DNA from: Spirochaetia bacterium
Lineage (GTDB): Bacteria > Spirochaetota > Spirochaetia > SZUA-6 > Bin103
Direction of reading: 5' to 3'
NCBI GenBank assembly: GCA_965198005.1
Contig: CBDAOI010000002.1
Coordinates: 192,001 to 256,000, forward strand
Length of the DNA: 64,000 bases
The notes beneath the pieces were generated by a model. That model had not been told where the DNA came from, did not search any database, and saw only the letters and a list, made by a program, of their open reading frames with translations. The position numbers and the translations under genes are program-made. Positions 1-8,752 of the stretch are shown here, piece after piece (positions within the stretch are counted from its first letter, which is position 1; every line of letters starts with the position of its first letter).

Positions 1-188
1 AGCGGCTGCTGGCCGTCAGGTCCGGCAGGGTCAGGTGGGAGCAGGTGGACGAGTGGCGGATGGAGCTGGTCGCTGATTTCAACGCCGCGTTGGCGCGCAC
101 CTCCCTGCCGGCGCAGCCCGACTACGAACGCGCCGACCGGTTTCTGATCCGCGCCCGCCGGCGCGCGGTTGAGGATCGACTGCCATGA
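1..188 (+). CDS. 3' end of RlaP/YcgL-like (Pol-beta superfamily) nucleotidyltransferase, runs off window start
   Basis: Frame 3 reads RLLAVRSGRVRWEQVDEWRMELVADFNAALARTSLPAQPDYERADRFLIRARRR, the typical C-terminal 'SLPxxPD' helix; its TGA overlaps the next ATG (ATGA at 185-188). Confidence 0.65.
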   Translation, partial: RLLAVRSGRVRWEQVDEWRMELVADFNAALARTSLPAQPDYERADRFLIRARRRAVEDRLP

Positions 189-1006
189 GCCCGCTCGCCC
201 CGGGCGCGCAGCTCACCGGCGACGCGGGCTTGCAGCGGCTGGTGGACCGGCATCCCCATCCACTGCTGTTCGTCACGATCAGCGGCGCGCATCTGTACGG
301 GTTTCCGTCCCCCGATTCCGACTGCGATCTGCGCGGCGTCCACCTGTTGTCGCTGGAGCGGGTGATCGGCCTCGACCGCGGCGGCGACACCGTGGAGACG
401 TCGCACCAGCTCGCCGGGATGGAGATCGACCTGGTGACGCACGACGCGCGCAAGTTCTTCGGTCTGCTGCTCAAGCCGAACGGGTACGTGCTGGAGCAGG
501 TGCGCTCGCCGCTGATCGTGCGCACCACGCCCGCGCACGAGGAGTTGAAGGCGATCGCCGCCGAGTGCGTGACCCGCCGTCACGAGCGTCACTACCGCGG
601 GTTCGCCGCCGGGCAATGGAAGCTGTTCGAGCGCGAGCAGCCACCCCGGATCAAGCCGTTGTTGTACGTGTATCGCGTGCTCCTGACCGGCATTCACCTG
701 ATGCGGACGGGCGTAGTCGAGGCCAACCTGAGCACCCTCAACGACAGCGCCAAGCTGCCCTACCTCGACGAACTGATCGCGCGCAAGGTCGCCGGCCCGG
801 AACAGGACCACCTGCCGCCGACCGATCTGCGACTCCATGCGGCGGAGTACGAGCGCTTGGTCGGCGTCCTGCGCGCGGCGGCGGATGCCTCCCACCTGCC
901 GGAGCAGCCGCGCGCCAAGCCGGCCCTGCACGACCTGCTGCTACGGCTGCGATTGCACGGACTCGACCGCGTACGCGATCCAGCACTTGGTCACCAGCGG
1001 ATCTGA
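185..1006 (+). CDS. RlaP/YcgL-like predicted nucleotidyltransferase (RNA repair Pol-beta family)
   Basis: SGAHLYGFPSPDSDCDLRGVH motif, KPNGYVLE, KPLLYVYRVLLTGIHLM. Confidence 0.85.
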   Translation: MSPLAPGAQLTGDAGLQRLVDRHPHPLLFVTISGAHLYGFPSPDSDCDLRGVHLLSLERVIGLDRGGDTVETSHQLAGMEIDLVTHDARKFFGLLLKPNGYVLEQVRSPLIVRTTPAHEELKAIAAECVTRRHERHYRGFAAGQWKLFEREQPPRIKPLLYVYRVLLTGIHLMRTGVVEANLSTLNDSAKLPYLDELIARKVAGPEQDHLPPTDLRLHAAEYERLVGVLRAAADASHLPEQPRAKPALHDLLLRLRLHGLDRVRDPALGHQRI

Positions 1007-1233
1007 GGTAGATATCTCTTGAGGCAGTCCCAGATCTGGAAGAACCTCGCTAACTTGCGGACGTGACCCGTCTGTATTTCGGGGTCCGAGGCCCCGTGCC
1101 TTCCTTTGGGGAAGAAACGATAAAGCAGGCCATTGAACTCGAACCAAATGTGGTGAGTCTTTGGATGCATCCTATACCCAGGCGCACACTCGTCCATGGC
1201 GACGGTTACAGCTGACAACCGAATCTGGGACAT
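991..1233 (-). CDS. small basic protein, HicA-like toxin candidate
   Basis: 80 aa; KTHHIWF...FPKGRHG..PEIQTGHVRKLAR resembles the HicA dsRBD pattern; directly follows a HicB-like gene. Confidence 0.45.
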   Translation of the reverse strand: MSQIRLSAVTVAMDECAPGYRMHPKTHHIWFEFNGLLYRFFPKGRHGASDPEIQTGHVRKLARFFQIWDCLKRYLPQIRW

Positions 1234-1236
1234 TGC

Positions 1237-1824
1237 TCAGACGAAAAAAAACATTATCGTGGGGACGAAGCGAGCTTCTGACTCCCGCACCAAAACCGAC
1301 GGACCGGGCTCTCCAGGATGCTGCGCAATCCGTATAGACAGCTCGAAAATAGCCCTACGACTCGCCTCGGGTGCGATTGAGGCCCACTCACGTTCCGAAT
1401 CCGGATCCGTCGCACTCAGGAACTCGGAAGCAGCCTCCCGGTATGTCTCAATGCTGGTGTATTCACCTGCCAAATCGCGGAACATGCCGGTAAGGTTGCG
1501 GCGCAAGTCCTCTTTGGCGCTATCGAAATCGAGACCCGTAGCCGCAATTGCTCCAGGGTGAACTCCATATATCCACCATCGTTGCCGCCCGTCGCCGTCT
1601 CGATGCGATTGCAGGGTCGCCGTGCCGACTAGTTCGATGAGAGTGTTGACGCCATGAACTTCCACCGATATGCTATACTTGAAAACCAGCCGGGCATGAA
1701 CGGACCAAACTTGAGCTTGGTTCACAAGTATATAACGTTGCATGGCCTCCAATAACGTGGGGGCCTGATCTGATCGGTTGGCTGGGGCGGGAACCGTTAT
1801 CGTTAGAGACAGGGATTCGTTCAT
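1237..1824 (-). CDS. hypothetical protein with HicB-like segment
   Basis: WWIYGVHPGAIAATGLDFDSAKEDLRRNL resembles the HicB N-terminal 'G.t.eeA..nl' fold; ATGA overlap with upstream gene. Confidence 0.45.
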   Translation of the reverse strand: MNESLSLTITVPAPANRSDQAPTLLEAMQRYILVNQAQVWSVHARLVFKYSISVEVHGVNTLIELVGTATLQSHRDGDGRQRWWIYGVHPGAIAATGLDFDSAKEDLRRNLTGMFRDLAGEYTSIETYREAASEFLSATDPDSEREWASIAPEASRRAIFELSIRIAQHPGEPGPSVLVRESEARFVPTIMFFFV

Positions 1825-2180
1825 GATGGCGACTCCGCCAATAGGCCTTCGTACGCGAACGCAAAACCCGCTGCTTCCAGAGCCTCGGCGGTTTGCTCTT
1901 TATCAGCGTCCGGCAGGAAGTATTCAGACGGACCGGGGCTGAGGATCGATACACATCCGATGTTCTCCAAACCGGCCCGTATCAGCGTCAACGGAGGGAC
2001 CTGTAGTAGGCTTACCCTCACGGAGGATAGTGGAAACCCCGTGTAGGGACGGAACCCCATGTCCTTTAACGCTTGATGTATCTGCCTCGGAGACCAATCG
2101 GGCGGAGCGTCATAAGAGCTGTGGCTGAGAGTGTCGTCCCATTCCAGGCAAGCAGTGTATCTCACTCCTTCGTGCCCCAT
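1821..2180 (-). CDS. hypothetical protein, first gene of a lower-GC three-gene operon
   Basis: GGAGG SD before ATG at 2180; coupled to the next ORF. Confidence 0.55.
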   Translation of the reverse strand: MGHEGVRYTACLEWDDTLSHSSYDAPPDWSPRQIHQALKDMGFRPYTGFPLSSVRVSLLQVPPLTLIRAGLENIGCVSILSPGPSEYFLPDADKEQTAEALEAAGFAFAYEGLLAESPS

Positions 2181-2296
2181 GATCTACCTCCGCCACCGTA
2201 ACGGCAGCCGGACAGTAAGTCAACCTTGCAGAGTTCGTTCAGAGCGCAAGTAACGTGTACCTTGACGGCTACCCGAACTCACTTCGTTGCAGGCGG

Positions 2297-3183
2297 TCAG
2301 TGGATGGAGGCGTGCTCCTCGAAGATCGGCTGCATGGACTGGTCGACGAGCATGGCGGCCATCTCGGCGTCGGAGGGGCGCGGAGCCGGGGCCTCGGCAG
2401 CGGCCAGGACCAGCGGCAGGCGGTCGAGGTCGCCCACGGTGTTGATGAAGGCGGGGGCAAAGCTCAAGGCGCAGGACACGGCGCGGGCGATGTTGTCGGG
2501 TGAATCGAGCGGCTCGTACCAGGGGCCGCGGCCGCGCGGGCGGCCGGCCCAGGGACGTCGCGCCACCGACTTGATGAGCTGCACCGCGACGTCGCGCTCG
2601 ACGCACAGCGCCTTGAGGCGCATGAAGTCGCCGTAGTAGTGCGGGTCGGTGGCCAGCACGTAGTTCATCGGCAGCAGCACGGCGTCGAACGGAAAGCGCC
2701 GCAGGCCGCGCAGGTGCATGCGCGCCGCGGCCAGGCCGTGGCCGGTCACGCCGATGAAGCGCACGCTGCCCTGCTCGCGCGCCGCGATCAACTCCTCCAG
2801 TGCGCCGGCAGGACCCAGCGCGGTTTCCCATCCCGCGTCGTCCGTGAGGTTGTGCAACTGGATCAGGTCGATGGTGTCGGGACCGCAGCCGGCGCCGCGA
2901 CATTTCCAACTGGGCGCGCGCCCCTTCCGCTCGTGCGCTGGTCGGTCTTGGTGGCCAGGAAGAAGCGGTCGCGGTGCCGTTCCATCCAAGCGCCGATCAA
3001 CACTTCGGAGTTGCCGCCCCCGTAGCTGTGCGCGGTATCAACGTGATTGACGCCGTAGTGCAGCAGCAGGTCGAGCACGCGGTCGGCCGCGGCCCTGGTC
3101 GACTCCGGACTGAAGGCGGCACCGCCGAACAGGGCCAGCGTGCTGTGGTGGCCGGTAGCGCCGAACGGTTGGGTCGGAACCAT
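2297..3183 (-). pseudogene. aldo/keto reductase with two +1 frameshifts near 2880-2935 (possibly sequencing indels)
   Basis: N-part [17 protein letters not shown]...FLATKT, bridging frame [18 protein letters not shown]-part DTIDLIQLH...RFIGVTGHG. Confidence 0.85.
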
Positions 3184-3342
3184 GGTCCCGCCATGATTTC
3201 AGCGAATCTGGTGCGCGTCGAGCCAGGAGCGGACGCAACGGTCGGGACGGACGGGCGTGGTCAAGGCCAACGATGCAGCACCTCGGAAACGGCGCTATCC
3301 TCGACCTGTACGCTGATGAGATCGAGCGAGCTGGATTTCTCA

Positions 3343-3702
3343 GTCCCGGCCAACGACGACGTTGCGGCGATCAGGAATCGGTTGGCTGCACTTCGCGCTG
3401 AGCAGACGGCTCTGGAGGCGAGGCTCGCCGAGCTCGACACGGATGATCCTGGCGCTCAAACCGGCCGTTACGTCGGCGAAGGTTTCGATGACGCCAGGCT
3501 CGACACGCTGTTCCTCACGATGCCCATCGCTTGGCGGGGGACGCTCGCCCAGTATGCCGGGCGCCTGCACCGCATTCATCCCAACAAGCGCGAGGTGATC
3601 GTATATGACTATGTCGACGGCGAAGTTCCGGTGCTGGCCCGCATGAGCCTCAAGCGGATCACGGGCTTCAAGAGCCTGGGCTACTCGATCGCCGCTCCAT
3701 AG
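3343..3702 (+). pseudogene. internally deleted SF2 (DEAD/DEAH) helicase: N-terminal coiled coil fused to extreme C-terminus
   Basis: AAIRNRLAALRAEQTALEARLAEL joined at ~3460 to TGRYVGEGFDDARLDTLFLTMPIAWRGTLAQYAGRLHR (motifs V/VI). Confidence 0.7.
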
Positions 3703-3729
3703 GCAGGCACGTGCGCCGCCTGCCGAACT

Positions 3730-4071
3730 CTACGCGTGATCCCGCCGGGAACTCTCGCCGATCTCTACGAGTCGGCCTCGGCTGACCTTGGAAAGTGTAT
3801 CGACAACGGCAGGCATGAGTGGTACGAGTGCTGCGATGTCCTTGCTCTTGGACCTCAACACCATGACGGCAATCTCGAACGACGGAACATCTTGTTGATA
3901 CCCGATGCTACTGTCCACCGTAAGGAATACGTCGAAATGAGCGGCAGCCAAGCTCAATAGCTCGCCATTCTGAACGCCCGCCCAGCCCATCTCCGGTACC
4001 GTCCTGACGTCATGACCCTTGAGCTCTGCTCTGAGGCGACGCAGTAGACACTCATCAAGCAGGATGCGCCT
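3730..4071 (-). CDS. DUF5615 PIN-like (VapC45-type) toxin; expected start codon reads AGG
   Basis: RILLDECLLRRLRAELKGHDVRTVPEMGWAGVQNGELL...FDVFLTVD; overlaps DUF433 3' end. Confidence 0.8.
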   Translation of the reverse strand, partial: RRILLDECLLRRLRAELKGHDVRTVPEMGWAGVQNGELLSLAAAHFDVFLTVDSSIGYQQDVPSFEIAVMVLRSKSKDIAALVPLMPAVVDTLSKVSRGRLVEIGESSRRDHA

Positions 4072-4276
4072 CAGACGTCAGAGCTTCTTTCGCTTGTTCC
4101 AGCACTGCTATCGCCTGGTTGTGGGTGACGGTCGGGAAATCATCCAGGAATTCTGCCAGTGGGCGACCAGCCTCCAGGTAGTCGAGCAAGGCTTGGACGG
4201 GGACGCGGGTGCCGACGAAGACCGTGGTACCGCCGAGAATGCCAGGATCGCTGTGAATGACTCTCCGTTTCCGCAT
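4055..4276 (-). CDS. DUF433 antitoxin (VapB45-type)
   Basis: IHSDPGILGGTTVFVGTRVPVQALLDYLEAG...FLDDFPTV; GGAGG SD before ATG 4276. Confidence 0.9.
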   Translation of the reverse strand: MRKRRVIHSDPGILGGTTVFVGTRVPVQALLDYLEAGRPLAEFLDDFPTVTHNQAIAVLEQAKEALTSEAHPA

Positions 4277-4353
4277 AACGGAGCACCTCCAGGGCTCTTT
4301 GTCTACCATTGTCTACCATAAACCGTAACCAACAACCATAACCATAACCCTGT

Positions 4354-5292
4354 CTACGGACGTTGGGCGTCGAGGAACGCGCGCACGCGCTCGGGCACCA
4401 GCAGGTCGGGCTGGGCCAGCAAGGCCGCCAGCCGCTGCGGGTCGGCGAAGCCGTTTTGCAGCGCCGTCTGCAGCGCCTTGAGCCCCGCGTACGGGGCCTC
4501 CACCTCGGTGAGCAGAATGACCGCGCGCTCGAATTCGACCTCGGCGTAGAGGTCCCGGCGCTCGGGACTGCCGCCGCCGCCGCGCGCCCCGAGCGCTACG
4601 AGCGCAAGCTCGTAGGCGCGCAGGGCCGCCACGTAGCTCTCCCGCCGGGTCTCGACCCGGGCCAGCGCGACCAGGGCGTCCACGTCGTGGGGATGCACCT
4701 CGAGGTACCGGGACAGCACGGGGGCGGCCGCGTCCGGCAGCCCCGAGTCCGCCAGCAGCACGCCGAGCTGATAGCGCGCCTGGTGGTCGCCGGGCTCCTG
4801 ATCGAGCAGCACGCGCAACTCGTCCGCGGCGGCCGCGCGGTCGCCCTGTTCCCAGAGCAGCATCGCGGCGTTGTAGCGGGCGGTGACGTGCGCCGGCTGC
4901 AGGTGCAGCAACTTCCGGTACACCGCCAGCGCGGCCGCGAATCGGCCCTGCCCCTGCAGCGCAGCCGCCCGCAACTCCAGCACGCGCACATTGTCGGGCG
5001 TGGCCGCGGCCAGCAGGTCCAGGTGGGGCATGGCGGCGGCCGGGTGGCCGGCCCGGATCAGGGCGGTCGCCAGGTGGAACCGTGCCCCGGGAGCGTCCGG
5101 CCGCAGCTCCAGGGCGCGCTCGAGATACGCGATCGCCCGCTCCGGCTGGTCCAGCCGCAGATAGCCGCTCCCCAGGGCCACGTACTCGTCCGCCAGCTCG
5201 GCACGGCTGAGATCCGTGGCGCAGCCCGCCAGGATCACCACGGCCAGCACCACGGCCGCCGCGGCCGCGCTCCCTGTACGCCATGCGCCCAT
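4354..5292 (-). CDS. TPR-repeat lipoprotein, copy 1
   Basis: Lipobox LAGC, TPR helices; near-identical to 11543-12487. Confidence 0.85.
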   Translation of the reverse strand: MGAWRTGSAAAAAVVLAVVILAGCATDLSRAELADEYVALGSGYLRLDQPERAIAYLERALELRPDAPGARFHLATALIRAGHPAAAMPHLDLLAAATPDNVRVLELRAAALQGQGRFAAALAVYRKLLHLQPAHVTARYNAAMLLWEQGDRAAAADELRVLLDQEPGDHQARYQLGVLLADSGLPDAAAPVLSRYLEVHPHDVDALVALARVETRRESYVAALRAYELALVALGARGGGGSPERRDLYAEVEFERAVILLTEVEAPYAGLKALQTALQNGFADPQRLAALLAQPDLLVPERVRAFLDAQRP

Positions 5293-5351
5293 CCGCACGC
5301 CGCAGTGTGCGCGATTCGCCGGAGCCGGGCCAAGTGCCCCAAGTGCCCGTG

Positions 5352-5717
5352 CTAGCGTAAGTTGCGCACTTTCAAGGACGATGTAGCGAGATTTGCCGGT
5401 CGCACAGATGAACGGAGGCCCCTGAGGGCGAGAGATTCTACCGGGGGACGAGTTTTTCCCCATGTAGTGATAAAGAGCATGGTAAGCAGTTTCTTGGTGC
5501 AGAAATATCTTGACCGCTCTCGCCCCCGTTGCTATCTTGTGCGTGCGTGTTCATCGGTCAGCTCAAAGTCTCCCGCAACGGCCGCTCCTACACCTACCAC
5601 CGCCTCCTGCAGTCGGTACGCACCGATAACGGCCCCCGGCAGCGACTCATCCTGAGCCTCGGCACCCTCACGCTCCCCAAGTCCGAGTGGCCGCGCTTGG
5701 CCGAACGCATCCACGAC
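5352..5717 (+). mobile_element. IS1634-family element, left end and 5' transposase fragment
   Basis: Starts CTAGCGTAAGTTG, matching the TIR of the full copy at 47110; near-identical to 47110-47476. Confidence 0.85.
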
Positions 5718-5770
5718 AATGTCAACGTCACAAGCCCCGGGACCAAGCTCCTAAATCGGGTTTCTTACAT
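5718..5770 (-). mobile_element. IS110 remnant C: left-end IR fused to part of the bridge-RNA-like region
   Basis: 5718-5753 is identical to 7693-7728; ends in the left-end motif ATGTAAGAAAC. Confidence 0.6.
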
Positions 5771-5801
5771 GACCACGCCGGGCCCCGCCCGGTGGGAAGC
5801 T
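5760..5801. repeat. 42-bp direct repeat, copy 1 (copy 2 at 7482-7523), at IS110 junctions
   Basis: gtttcttacatgaccacgccgggccccgcccggtgggaagct occurs twice, exactly. Confidence 0.9.
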
Positions 5802-5829
5802 CCTAAGAAACAACAGTCAGGCACGACAG

Positions 5830-7245
5830 TCAGGCAGCCTCCGGGACAAGCACATAACCGAGGGCCCGAGCTTGGTTGCGGACGCGGCGTTCGAGGCGTC
5901 GCAGGTCTTGGCGTTCCTGGGCGGCGAGGATGCTGTCGTCGTACGCAACGCGATGGGTAACGAGATGGTAGATGATGCGCGCCAGTTTGTGGGCAGTCGC
6001 CGTGATCGCCTCGGGAGTACCCAGGCGCGCGCGCATCCGGCGGAAGTACTGGCCGAGGGACGAGGGGCTGCGGTACAAGCACTGGGTAGCCCAGCGTAGC
6101 GCCTGAGCAGCGCGATTGGTGCCGGGTCCGGTGTGTGCGCTGATGATCCTGCCGCCGGTGATCTGGTTGTTGGGACACAGGTTCAGCCAGGATGCGAATT
6201 GCCCCGCAGTCGGGAAGCGTGACAGGTCGGGGCCAAACTCGGTGAACAGGATCAGTGCAGTGCTTTCGCCGATGCCGGGAATGAGCGTCAGGTCGGTGCC
6301 GAACAGGCGCGCAAGGTGCGCCTTCAGGTTGAACGGCTTGGGCGGTGACTCGGTTGGCGTCGGCGGCGCATCGGCGGTCTCCTCCGCAGGGTCCTCCGCA
6401 GGGTCCTCCGCAGGGTCCTCCGCAGGGTCCTCCGCCGGCGCGCTCGGCGGCTCGTTCGTGGATTCGAACGAGCGGATGCGAGCTTCGATTTCCTGATCAC
6501 ACTCCGCGATGAGCTGTTGGTAGTGGGCATAGGTGGCACGCGCGTGACGCAGTGTAAACAGATGCTCGGAGCGCCAGTCACCTTCCAGCGCTGCAATCAG
6601 GGTGGCGCGGCTGGCTTTGATCCGCCGGTCGGCCAGATCGGCCAAGCGTGCTGGATCCCGCTCTCCGTTCAGGATGGCCTCGGTGATAGCCATCCCCGTG
6701 ACCCCGGTCAGGTCAGAGATGGCGTGGTGCAGATGGACGTTCATCTGGTCGTACGCCTTCTGCATGTGCAACACGCTCCGTGAGGCGGTCTTGATCAAGT
6801 TGTCGCGATGGCGCAGCAGGGCGCGCATCGCACAGACTTCGTCAGCGGGCCGGAACGAACCGCGCAGCAGGCCCACGGAGTGCAGGTAGCGCAGCCACTC
6901 GCAGTCGGCCACGTCGGACTTGCGTCCGGGGACCGAGTGCACGTGACGCGCGTTGACCAGCACCACGTCGAAGCCATGCGCCTCCAGGATCTGGTGCACC
7001 GGGATCCAGTAGACCCCGGTCGACTCCATCGCCACAGTGGTTACCTGGCATTCCTTGAGCCAGTTGGCCAAAGCGTGCAGGTCGCCAGTAAAGGTGGGAA
7101 AGTTCCGGATCGGGTCCGGGTCGCGATCAGGGCGCACCGCCGCGTACACCGCCGTGGCGCCCACGTCCAAGCCCGCGGCGTCGGGATGGACGGTATTCGG
7201 TTGCGCTGAACGACTGCCTTTGCCTTTACGGCTGCGTCGTGCCAT
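5830..7245 (-). CDS. IS110-family DEDD transposase/recombinase
   Basis: AAGLDVG, VAMESTGVYW, GRKSDVADCEW, LIPGIG, ITGG, AITATAHKLARIIY; GGAGG SD. Confidence 0.95.
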   Translation of the reverse strand: MARRSRKGKGSRSAQPNTVHPDAAGLDVGATAVYAAVRPDRDPDPIRNFPTFTGDLHALANWLKECQVTTVAMESTGVYWIPVHQILEAHGFDVVLVNARHVHSVPGRKSDVADCEWLRYLHSVGLLRGSFRPADEVCAMRALLRHRDNLIKTASRSVLHMQKAYDQMNVHLHHAISDLTGVTGMAITEAILNGERDPARLADLADRRIKASRATLIAALEGDWRSEHLFTLRHARATYAHYQQLIAECDQEIEARIRSFESTNEPPSAPAEDPAEDPAEDPAEDPAEETADAPPTPTESPPKPFNLKAHLARLFGTDLTLIPGIGESTALILFTEFGPDLSRFPTAGQFASWLNLCPNNQITGGRIISAHTGPGTNRAAQALRWATQCLYRSPSSLGQYFRRMRARLGTPEAITATAHKLARIIYHLVTHRVAYDDSILAAQERQDLRRLERRVRNQARALGYVLVPEAA

Positions 7246-7279
7246 GAGAATCCTCCGCTATGGACTGAGTGGGGCGGCC

Positions 7280-7460
7280 AAGGCGTGAGTAGCAGGTATT
7301 CTCCTAAACGGGATGATCGCCACCCAGCAGCGCCAAGCGAAGACCTCACCAATGACTACGCCACCCGCCCTGGGACCAAGCTCCTGAACGGGTTCGCCCC
7401 GCAGGGCGTAACACCAATGACGCGACGGCCTACTTTCGCGCCCCTACCCAGAGATTTGCA
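7280..7460 (-). ncRNA. putative bridge RNA of IS110 element A
   Basis: Downstream of TATTAT -10 in left end; two similarly built loops (CATTGGTG...CCCG-guide); scaffold conserved with 7626-7761 while short internal segments vary. Confidence 0.65.
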
Positions 7461-7521
7461 CCCATAATAGCGCTCGCCACAGTTTCTTACATGACCACGC
7501 CGGGCCCCGCCCGGTGGGAAG

Positions 7522-7761
7522 CTTCTGAGAAACAAACAAGTCAGGAATGAGCGTTCAAGGAACTGAATGGCTGTCTGGTGGCGCCCTGCTGTCCTCCTGC
7601 GTGATGGGTGGATGGCGCGGCGGGGCGTGAACGACAGGTATTCTTCTGAACGGGATGATCGCGACCGGACGATGCCAGTCCGCGATCTCACCAATGTCAA
7701 CGTCACAAGCCCCGGGACCAAGCTCCTAGTCGGGTTCGCGCCCAGCAGGGCGTCACACCAA
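7522..7761 (-). mobile_element. IS110 remnant B: bridge-RNA-like region, SD and right end, with no recombinase
   Basis: Noncoding region homologous to element A; right end GTTTCTCAGAAG. Confidence 0.7.
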
Positions 7762-8339
7762 CGGAGTTGGCAGCGCGCGAGCGGGAGCTGTTCACGCTGC
7801 AAGAAACCATCATCCTGTACGACTTGAGTTCGACTTACTTCGAAGGCCTCGCGGCCAACAACGAGAAGGCGGCGCGGGGGTACTCGCGGGATCATCGACC
7901 GGACCGCAAGCAAGTAGTGGTCGGTCTGGTGCTGGATGGCGAGGGCTTTCCCAAGGCGCACGAGGTGTTCAAGGGCAACACCAAAGACGAGACCACCATG
8001 GCGCGGATGCTCGACAGCCTGGACCGCCGGATCAGTGTTCGGAGCGGGGCGGGGCGACGGTGGTAATGGACCGTGGCTTGGCGACGGACGAGAACCTGGC
8101 AGTGCTGCGCAAGCGCGGTCAGCACTATATCGTGACCACTGAACAGAGCCAGCGGCGTGAGCTGTTTCCCGAGATTGACAGTTCCGGATACGTGCCGGTG
8201 AAAGTGAACAGGAAGGGGAAAATCGTCGTCTCAGGCCAACTGCGGCGGCATCAGGGTGAGCTGTACGTGTTGTGTTACAGTGAGGCGCGGGCGGCCAAGG
8301 ATCGTGCGATACGGGAACGGTTCGCACACCTATTCGAAC
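7762..8339 (+). pseudogene. IS1634 transposase middle fragment (frameshifted, truncated)
   Basis: Near-identical to 47921-48499; LYDLSSTYFEG, GYSRDHRPD, VMDRG. Confidence 0.9.
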
Positions 8340-8752
8340 GGGAGTATTGTGGCTGGTATTGAGCGGTCCGTCAAATGTGGTAAAATGCGAACGCCCCCTG
8401 TGCGGGGGCGTCCACACTCTACCTGCCGCTGAGCAGGAGCCGGAGGCAGTGATTGTCTCCGGCTGCTTCGTCAACGGCGAAGGAGTCTTCTGTGGGGCAA
8501 CGCAAGCCTACCCTTCTCGACTATTTCCGCCCGAATCCTGCCGCGTGCATCTGTGGAGCGGAGTTTGATCGGCAATGCCCGGTCAACGTCACTCTCATGG
8601 ATCGCTACAGAGGTCCGGTGCAGGGCCTATTCTCGGTGGCTCAGAAGCATGGGATCACGACAGAGGAAGTGCGGGAGCACCTAACCCGCCTTCCACCTGC
8701 CCGCGTCAACTACGAGGCTTAACGCCTACGGGGCGCCTGCCCCTCCCAACCT

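Larger units (their letters stand above)
5800..7492 (-). mobile_element. IS110-family element A (intact)
   Basis: Subterminal IR TAAGAAAC/GTTTCTTA, upstream noncoding region, intact recombinase; exact ends uncertain. Confidence 0.8.

Noticed and set aside
2880-2935. Programmed frameshifting in the aldo/keto reductase
   Set aside because: Two separate +1 insertions with no slippery signal; decay or sequencing error is more likely.
8340-8722. Gene between the IS1634 fragment and IS1595
   Set aside because: Only short ORFs without a clear start or motif; probably a truncated passenger.
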